Of a stretch of DNA of 64,000 nucleotides, positions 56,501 through 64,000 are shown piece by piece (positions within the stretch are counted from its first letter, which is position 1; the number at the start of each line of letters is the position of its first letter). Where the stretch lies: the NCBI GenBank assembly GCA_002269645.1, contig NIVC01000660.1, forward strand, positions 248,001 through 312,000. The letters run 5' to 3'. The DNA comes from Macrostomum lignano. Its lineage: Eukaryota. Under the pieces are notes generated by a model. That model saw only the letters and a program-made list of their open reading frames with translations. It made no database searches and was not told the DNA's origin. A program made the translations under genes and the position numbers.

Positions 56501-59500
56501 CGGTGACTGACAATTTCGTCCACGATTGTGGTGGACACAGAGCGGCGAGGTCGTCGACTGAGTCTTTGATTGTCTGGACGGAGATCAGCTGGGGGAGTTT
56601 CTGTGGGTAGTTTGTCAGTAGATTCTTTGGTCAAACAATTGGCAAAAATATATTCTTTCCAAATATATGATAAACCACACATACTAGAATAATTAGACAG
56701 GCCACTCAGAAAATTTGCGTGTGAGCTACTTTCAGTTCAGTAGTAAGTTAAACAGAAGCATTTTAACGTGTTTTTAAACCTAAGGCTCATTTTATTAGCT
56801 CTTACCACCAACTTAAACCCTCCAACGGCTCCCTCCACAACTACCCCCTCGCCCCGCCCCAATTTTTATTGCCTTTCTCAGAATTATAGCCTAAATAGCC
56901 TAAAGCGGCCATGTACATTTCAGTGGACTGGCTAATGTACATTATGACTGAACCAATTAGCAAGTTTGTTACGCCTGCAAGCTTTGGGCTTCTAAATTGA
57001 TTAAAGTCATTTCAGCTGCCTTTATTTTTATGAAATAGCTTTTATTCTCATTTGCTACTGAACTGAAAGTAGAAAGCTACGTATGCCTGAGTTGCCCATC
57101 TAGTTACTCGTATTTTGTGTCTGTGGCATAGACAGATTTCCAGTACGATAGATAATCAAAAAGTGTCCTTATTTGACCCTATTCAGTTCATATTCCATTG
57201 GATTCCAAAGATGTTATATTATTGTGAAGAAAGAATTTTTAAACGAGTCCCCAGTTCACAACAGGTGGCTCTGGTTCGCATCGAAGGCGCAGAAATCTTT
57301 CTAAAAAAGGTCTTTTCTCTCTTAAACGGCTCTATTAAACGTGCGACAATATAATTTGGTCTTCGGCTGTGATTCAGACTTGTTGGCCGCAAGTGTGGGC
57401 GAGTGTGTCTGGCCTCTTTAATGGCGGAAAAATTGTTGCGAACAGGAGAGAAAGAAAGGAGCTTTGGCTCCGGAAGACTGAATATATATGGGTACACCCG
57501 GATGACTCATCGCCATTCCTGTTAGGCTACTAGACATTTTGCATGTGCATTTTTTTCTCGTGAACTTGCTGCTTACAAAGATCCATCATAATCTCTAAGA
57601 TCTGTTTGTCGGGTATTTCAGTCTATAGCCTGAACTGATTTTTTTCAAACCTGTTTGTGTTGTAAAATTTGACCTATGCAGGGAATCCAGGGGTGGCAGG
57701 TAGATGATGACAGAGTCTGTGTGTGTAGGGAGTTCCAGGTAATCCAGGGTGGCAGGTCGATGCTGACAGGGTCTGTGTGTGCCTGTAGGCAGTTCCAGGG
57801 AATCCAGGGGTGGCAGGTCGATGCTGACAGGGTCTGTGTGTGCCTGTGGGGAGTTCCAGGGAATCCAGGGTAGCAGGTCGATGCTGACAGGGTCTGTGTG
57901 TGCCTGTGGGGAGTTCCAAGGAAACCAGGGTAGCAGGTCGACGCTGACAGGGTCTGTGTGTGCCTGTGGGGAGTTCCAAGGAAACCAGGGTAGCAGGTCG
58001 ACGCTGACAGGGTCTGTGTGTGCCTGTGGGGAGTTCCAGGGAATCCAGGGTAGCAGGTCGACGCTGACAGGGTCTGTGTGTGCCTGTGGGGAGTTCCAGG
58101 GAATCCAGGGTAGCAGGTCGACGCTGACAGGGTCTGTGTGTGCCTGTGGGGAGTTCCAGGGAATCCAGGGTAGCAGGTCGATGCTGACAGGGTCTGTGTG
58201 TGCCTGTGGGGAGTTCCAAGGAAACCAGGGTAGCAGGTCGACGCTGACAGGGTCTGTGTGTGCCTGTGGGGAGTTCCAGGGAATCCAGGGGTGGCAGGTA
58301 GATGATGACAGAGTCTGTGTGTGTAGGGAGTTCCAGGTAATCCAGGGTGGCAGGTCGATGCTGACAGGGTCTGTGTGTGCCTGTAGGCAGTTCCAGGGAA
58401 TCCAGGGGTGGCAGGTCGATGCTGACAGGGTCTGTGTGTGCCTGTGGGGAGTTCCAGGGAATCCAGGGTAGCAGGTCGATGCTGACAGGGTCTGTGTGTG
58501 CCTGTGGGGAGTTCCAAGGAAACCAGGGTAGCAGGTCGACGCTGACAGGGTCTGTGTGTGCCTGTGGGGAGTTCCAGGGAATCCAGGGTAGCAGGTCGAC
58601 GCTGACAGGGTCTGTGTGTGCCTGTGGGGAGTTCCAGGGAATCCAGGGTAGCAGGTCGACGCTGACAGGGTCTGTGTGTGCCTGTGGGGAGTTCCAGGGA
58701 ATCCAGGGTAGCAGGTCGACGCTGACAGGGTCTGTGTGTGTGCCTGTGGGGAGTTCCAGGGAATCCAGGGTAGCAGGTCGATGCTGACAGGGTCTGTGTA
58801 TAGGGAGTTCCAGGTAATCCAGGGTGGCAGGTCGACGCTGACAGGGTCTGTGTGTGTAGGGAGTTCCAGGGAATCCAGGGTGGCAGGTTGATGCTGACAG
58901 GGTCTGTGTGTGCCTGTAGGCAGTTCCAGGTAATCCAGGGTGGCAGGTCGACGCTGACAGGGTCTGTGTGTGTAGGGAGTTCCAGGGAATCCAGGGTGGC
59001 AGGTTGATGCTGACAGGGTCTGTGTGTGCCTGTAGGCAGTTCCAGGGAATTCAGGGTGGCAGGTTGATGCTGACAGGGTCTGTGTGTGCCTGTGGGGAAT
59101 TCCAAGGAATCCAGGTTATGGGCACAGGAAATACTTATTTTAGTTTTACAGAGAATGTGCGTGGGGATTTTAACTCGGGGAAGAAGCATCCAATGTGTTT
59201 TCGACTTAGAAACAGTACATAAAGTAAACAGTGCTTCGAATTCCTTCTATAAAAATATGCGCAGAAGTTTAGAGGAAGGAACTGCAACAAAAAGATACGG
59301 TCAACTGCCCACTATAGACGATGCGACGACTGTTACCTCTTGTCGTAAAAAGCTATCTACACAATATGTTTATTAGTTGCTAAATGAAGGCTAACGTTTC
59401 CTAGCAATCTCTGTCTCGCCTATCAGTTAACTTCAGGAACTGACGCCGCTTCTGCTATAGAGAAAAAGTACAAATGCAGTGCAAAGCACAATATCTACAG

Positions 59501-60430
59501 CTTCTGCCGTCCTACCTACCCTCAATCACCAAATCAGCAGGAACCATCGCTGTTCGCTTTAGGTTCCTTAAATTTTTTTACCCGCTGATCTACTGCCCTC
59601 TACAGTGAGTCATCCTCAGTAGCCGATGCACTATAAGATAGACAGAAGTGCGAGGGGATAAATGGCCGTTGCTATCGAAATGCTTTAACAGCTGTACTGG
59701 ATTCGGTGGCGTACGCATACGCAAAAGACAGGGGGTGACAACCAAGAGACAAGGGGCGATAACCAAGAGACAGTAGCAACAACCAAGAGACAGGGGCGAC
59801 AACCAAGAGACAGGGGGCACCAACCAAGAGACAGTGGCAACAACCAAGAGACGGGGCGAAAACCAAGAGACGGGGCGAAAACCAAGAGACAGGGGCGACA
59901 ACCAAGAGACAAGGGTCGACAACCAAGAGACAGGGGGCACCAAGAGACGGGGAGAAAACTAAGAGACAGGGGGCACCAAGAGACAGGGGCGACAACCAAG
60001 AGACAAGGGTCGACAACCAAGAGACAGGGGACACCAAGAGACGGGGCGAAAACCAAGAGACTATAACATCGGCGACTCTTAGCGTTGCGACCCCTCACTA
60101 ATTAAAATATTGCGTACATCACTGACCAGATTTCAGACAACAATATTTGTTCTTCAACAATAAATTCATCGTCAAAAATTTGATATTTGACGATATAACA
60201 GTCAAGACAGGCTAACAAGCATCTTGACCTTTTTGTCTGCGTCTGGCTGTCGGACTAAACTTTAATAGTTCGCACTGGAAAACTCGTGCCTGGGGACAAA
60301 GTTTGGCTATTGAATGTCAGACGAGGGTCATACCTCGTGGCGCGGCTAGTGTTGTACATGCCTTACCTCCGTGTGCGTGGTGAGCCTGTGCATGCTCAGG
60401 GGCAAGCGCAATGGTCATTAGCCATGACTG
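41372..60430 (-). CDS. GON-1/ADAMTS9/20-like metalloprotease (multi-exon): prodomain, reprolysin domain, disintegrin-like, TSP1, Cys-rich, spacer, ~15 further TSP1 repeats, GON domain
   Basis: Furin site RPRR|S (56.5 kb); HELGHT|FNMYHD (exons 54389-54284 and 53800-53645); other exons 55151-55065, 54977-54844, 54518-54460, 52094-51955 (WSQWSEWTNCTVDCGGG), 51841-51588, ~50500-49270, ~44500-43345; GON domain ~42750-41372 (AGDC, CGGYCGYC). The 5' exons are lower confidence. Confidence 0.88.
41925..42412. repeat. 26-bp intronic minisatellite (GGATTAAGCTTCGAATAGGTCAATGA)
   Basis: Tandem periodicity inside a GON-domain intron. Confidence 0.94.
43345..44500 (-). CDS. ADAMTS large exon with ~5 TSP1 repeats and the start of the GON domain
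   Basis: WRVGPWSACSASCGRG, WTVDPWSSCSTSCGRG, RTCAELK...DGQYRLSIDGRDVRV|. Confidence 0.88.
44618..45335. repeat. 19-bp intronic minisatellite (CCTGCAGTGTCCTTCTTAT)
   Basis: Tandem periodicity. Confidence 0.96.
45758..46762. mobile_element. Foldback-like element: ~125-bp terminal inverted repeats enclosing a 161-bp tandem array built from the TIR sequence
   Basis: ACAAAGGGGATGTCAACTTAAGCACCAGA... at 45758 and its reverse complement ending at 46762; period 161. Confidence 0.82.
46818..47018 (-). mobile_element. tRNA-derived SINE copy (internally deleted relative to the 40.2-kb copy)
   Basis: Shares head GTTGTAGCCTAGTGGTTAGAGCGTCGGAC and tail with 40168-40398. Confidence 0.75.
49270..50500 (-). 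CDS. ADAMTS large exon: spacer plus TSP1 repeats
   Basis: CSRLCQG, CSARCGSG, WSACSKTCGSGG, WSSCDAYCSSG, WSKCHMPCQNG. Confidence 0.85.
50931..51120 (+). mobile_element. Second tRNA-derived SINE family
   Basis: GGGGCGTAGCTTAGTGG (A box), GGCTCGATTCC (B box), AATAAATAAA tail. Confidence 0.65.
52485..52838. repeat. ~41-bp repeat alternating as an 82-bp dimer (TATGTCTATGGCAAA core)
   Basis: Tandem periodicity. Confidence 0.88.
53140..53525. repeat. 29-bp intronic minisatellite (GGCATCTCAGCAACTCCCCATTGACTCAT)
   Basis: Tandem periodicity. Confidence 0.93.
53645..54389 (-). CDS. ADAMTS zinc-binding motif exons (54389-54284 and 53800-53645)
   Basis: GFSLAHELGHT|FNMYHDG...FVMDS (Met-turn)...PWTWSTCS. 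Confidence 0.92.
53930..54195. repeat. 23-bp intronic minisatellite (GTTCATTGTGGCGCTAAACTGTG)
   Basis: Lies in the intron that splits the HExxH motif. Confidence 0.9.
55320..56350. repeat. 24-bp purine-rich intronic minisatellite (GACAGAGTGAAGGACAAAGAGAGT)
   Basis: Tandem periodicity. Confidence 0.95.
56681..57113. mobile_element. Second copy of the 13.8-kb MITE family (no internal duplication)
   Basis: Collinear similarity over ~430 bp with 13789-14474. Confidence 0.82.
57678..59118. repeat. 60-bp intronic minisatellite
   Basis: Unit CCAGGGAATCCAGGGTAGCAGGTCGACGCTGACAGGGTCTGTGTGTGCCTGTGGGGAGTT. Confidence 0.95.
59725..60062. repeat. ~20-bp intronic minisatellite (AACCAAGAGACAGGGGCGAC)
   Basis: Tandem periodicity. 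Confidence 0.9.
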
Positions 60431-60449
60431 CTTAAAAATAGGACTTATG

Positions 60450-60985
60450 CATGGAATCCAGGGGTGGCAGGTCGATGCTGACAGGGTCTCTGTGTGTGAG
60501 GAGTTCAAGGGGATCCAGGGGTGGCAGGTCGATGCTGACAGGGTCTCTGTGTGTGTGAGGAGTTCGAGGGAATCCAGAGATGGCAGGTCGATGCTGACAG
60601 GGTCTGTGTGTGTGAGGAGTTCGAGGGGATCCAGGGGTGGCAGGTCGATGCTGACAGGGTCTCTGTGTGTGTGAGGAGTTCGAGGGAATCCAGAGATGGC
60701 AGGTCGATGCTGACAGGGTCTGTGTGTGTGTAGGGAGTTCGAGGGGATCCAGGGGTCGCAGGTCGATGCTGACAGGGTCTGTGTGTGTAAGGAGTGCGAG
60801 GGGATCCAGGGGTCGCAGGTCGATACTGACAGGGTCTCTGTGTGTGTAGGGAGCTCGAGGGGATCCAGGGGTCGCAGGTCGATACTGACAGGGTCTCTGT
60901 GTGTGTAGGGAGCTCGAGGGAATCCAGGGGTGGCAGGTCGATGCTGACCCTGTGTGCCTGTGGGGATTTCCAGGGAATCCAGACG
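60450..60985. repeat. ~52-54-bp minisatellite related to the 57.7-59.1-kb array
   Basis: Shares GGCAGGTCGATGCTGACAGGGTCTGTGTGTG. Confidence 0.9.
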
Positions 60986-61424
60986 AAATTGTCTAGACGA
61001 CCTTGGCCCTAATTTTTTTGCTCAAAATGATTTATTCTTGTTCCCAAATCCCTAGCCTACATAATTGTGCCAGTGCTGCGCCTGTGGATTTATGATTTGG
61101 TTTAGAAGAAAATGTAAATTTACCTACTAGCAGATAGACTTAGAGACTTAGCTCACTTAAAACTTGCAGGCTCTTCAGGTCCACTTGAATTAATTAATTA
61201 CTCAGCATATGCCGATCTATTGTTTACAGTTGACCCAATAGCATAGAAGTGAATGCTTAGCTAGTTACCTGATGGAAGCTTCCTTTCTTGTCCAATGGAC
61301 TTTTACATCACAGAAAAAGCCTCCCAATAGCCAATTAGTCAGTGTTCTAAGGTTGGGGGCAGATTTACAAGATTATAATATCAGATATATTAAAAATTAA
61401 AAAATAGAAAATACTAAGCTAGTT

Positions 61425-61865
61425 TAACGCTTCTCTGACACCCAATTCGGCGCTTCTCTGACACCCAGTTCTCAGACATTTCATTTGGCGCTTTTCTGGC
61501 ATCAGATTCGGCGCTTTTTTGACACCCAATTCGGCGCTTCTCTGACACCAAATTCGGCGCTTCTCTGACACCCAATTCGGCGCTTCTCTGACACCAAATT
61601 CGGCGCTTCTCTGACACCAAATTCGGTGCTTCTCTGACACCCAATTCGGCGCTTCTCTGACACCCAATTCGGCGCTTCTCTGACACCAAATTCGGCGCTT
61701 CTCTGACACCAAATTCGGTGCTTCTCTGACACCCAATTCGGCGCTTCTCTGACACCCAATTCGGCGCTTCTCTGACACCCAATTCTCAGACATTTCATTC
61801 GGCGCTTCTCAGACATTTGATTTGGCGCTTTTCTGACACTTAATTCGGCGCTTCTCTGACACCTC
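61425..61865. repeat. 23-bp minisatellite (CAATTCGGCGCTTCTCTGACACC)
   Basis: Tandem periodicity. Confidence 0.92.
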
Positions 61866-62571
61866 GTTTGATGCCCAGTTTGGAAGGCCACAAAAAATTC
61901 CTAAAGCTTCTTTACTTGTACTTTTAGCTAGCGAGAAAGGCTTGAACTAAACAGTTAAACAATGTCGAGACAGTGAGCTGAACATGTAAATTCTTCTAAC
62001 TTTTGATTGATGATTGATACCAATTGCGCGAAAAACGATATTGTTGTTTACACTAGAAACAAGCTTAGCTCGGGAAAAAAAGATCGCCGAATTTTTTCGC
62101 ATTGAAAGTACATCGCGTACCTTACGTCTGGAGGCCTATTCGAGAAGCGTAGCAGCATCGTCCTCCAGGGGGAAGGGGGTTTGTTGCCGAATTCTTGTTG
62201 AAGAAATTTTACCTGTATTCCCAGAGGATTATGACCCAACATTCTCCCTTCCCGATGCGGTTTCAGCAACCACTGACTGACATATAAAATCTAAGCCCCC
62301 CCCCCCTAGATGCGACAGTATGCAGCTACGCCTGCAACCGTAATTTCAGTTTAGGATAAATTGGATTTAAAATGCAAATTCAGAAGGCGAAACTGCGAAG
62401 TTTTGCCGTAAAATGCGCAATTATTGTTAGATGGATGTCCTCGTTAGAAATGCCCCTGCCGAAATTAAGTCTTGCAGTGCAATGACATTGTTTATTAATT
62501 ACTGATTGTTTTGAGTAATTAAATTATTTTTTATCAATAGGATGGTCATTTTTACATCTAAACATTGGCAT

Positions 62572-62990
62572 TTTTGACGCCAAATTGGGGTGTCTCAATG
62601 GCGCTAAATTGGGGTGTCTCAATGACGCTAAATTGGGGTGTCTCAATGGCGCTAAATTGGGGTGTCTCAATGGCGCTAAATTGGGGTGTCTCAATGGCGC
62701 TAAATTGGGGTGTCTCGATAGCGCCAAATCGGGGTGTCTCAATGGCGCTAAATTGGGGGTTTCAATGGCGCCAAATTTGGGTACCTGTCTCAATGGCGCC
62801 AAATTTAGGTGCCTGTCTCAATGGCGCCAAATTGGAGGTGTATGTCTTAAGGGCACCAAATTGAAGGTGTCTGTCTCAATGGTGCCAAATTAGAGGTGCC
62901 TGTTTCAAAGGCGCCAAATTGGAGGTGCCTGTCTCAAAGGCGCCAAATTGGAGGTGCCTGTCTCAATGGCGCCAAATTGGGGTGTCTCCT
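62572..62990. repeat. 24-bp minisatellite (GGCGCTAAATTGGGGTGTCTCAAT)
   Basis: Tandem periodicity. Confidence 0.92.
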
Positions 62991-63666
62991 TGTAACTGGG
63001 CTTTGGCTTGCCTAAAACTTATATATACCGGTATACTTCGTATATATATATATACATTTTACATAAACCAGTTAACCTAAAATGAATAAGTTCGAATAGC
63101 TAATTTAATTCGAAGAAAAACTATTACTGATGAATATCTGAAGTTCCCACGAACTAGTTTGGCGACGCTCGTAATGGGCCTGACGTGTGCTTCCCAAGGC
63201 CAGCCAAGCATAGGCTTATAAGTTTATTTCATAGTAGCTCTGTTCTAGTAAGCCATTCACTCGAAACTAACGAATGACTGATGATTAATGAGATTTATGT
63301 ATTCTACGAGTGGAATTGATCTAATACAGATTTTAAAATGCTAGAAACATGTTGAAAGGACCTACTATTAGATATTGCTAGATAGAATATTGACTAGATA
63401 TATTAGAGTTCTTTAAAAACTGGCTAGTTCTACTAAGTTTTTTAGAAAATCGATTAGATCTACTATATCTACATAATGTATTACCGTCCTGCAAGGATCT
63501 ATAGATATGAAGTTTTAGTATATTAGACTAGCAAATCTAGACCCCCCGTAGGGGAGGCAACTAAATAAAGTAATAAAAACTTATCCCGAACGCTAGCTTT
63601 TAGCGTATTATTCGTAGCTATTACGCAATCAGATACGTATGACGCAATCGCTAGCGCTCCACTCAC

Positions 63667-63937
63667 TGGTGACGCAACGTTTCCCAGCGAAAGGATCGCG
63701 ACCAGGTCCAAATTTTGCTAACGAATGCTGATGACTCATGGCCGTAGCCAAGCCCGGTTTTGAAGCCACAGTTGAAAGAAGAACGAAGTTAGCGTCTGTA
63801 ATGAAAGCTGCTTCCAGTGCCCGCTTGTTAAATTGTGACGAAGCTGTGAAATGCTCCGCAGTTAGATTGAGCCCTAGTGAGTCCCGCGGCCAAGGCTCCA
63901 CAAGGAATTTTCTTCTCCCAGTGTCAATAAGGCCGAA
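63667..63937 (-). CDS. ADAM/ADAMTS-type prodomain exon (orphan)
   Basis: Branch point CTAAC, acceptor ttctcag|, FGLIDTGRRKFLVEPW, donor A|GTGAGT; 271 nt open. Confidence 0.6.
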
Positions 63938-64000
63938 CTGAGAATGAGGAGGCGTTAGCGGGTAGGATGCCAGTATCTGACATGTAGGATGTCAGTGTCT

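Overview
Eukaryotic (metazoan, probably invertebrate; flatworm or other lophotrochozoan is only a guess from gene content) genomic DNA with spliceosomal introns; no prokaryotic features. Left to right: (1) the 3' end of an MTMR10/11/12-like myotubularin pseudophosphatase (+). Its 11-kb intron holds a complete Ty1/copia LTR retrotransposon (2166-12808, minus, TSD ATCCC), and the copia integrase is interrupted by a 6-kb EnSpm/CMC DNA transposon (4572-10534, TSD AA). (2) Three divergent paralogous genes (-, +, -) encoding signal peptide-CAP-hinge-EGF-EGF-unrecognised Cys module-hydrophobic C-terminus proteins with largely matching intron phases. (3) Three Crypton/DUF3504-type tyrosine-recombinase fragments with nearby hairpins. 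(4) A multi-exon GON-1/ADAMTS9/20-like metalloprotease (-, ~41.4-60.4 kb), plus an orphan ADAMTS-type prodomain exon at 63.7-63.9 kb. Most introns larger than ~300 nt carry their own minisatellite, so most long ORFs in the supplied track are repeat artefacts. Many frameshifts are single-base losses in homopolymers and may be sequencing errors. Exon boundaries were read by eye, and family names come from motif recognition, not database searches.
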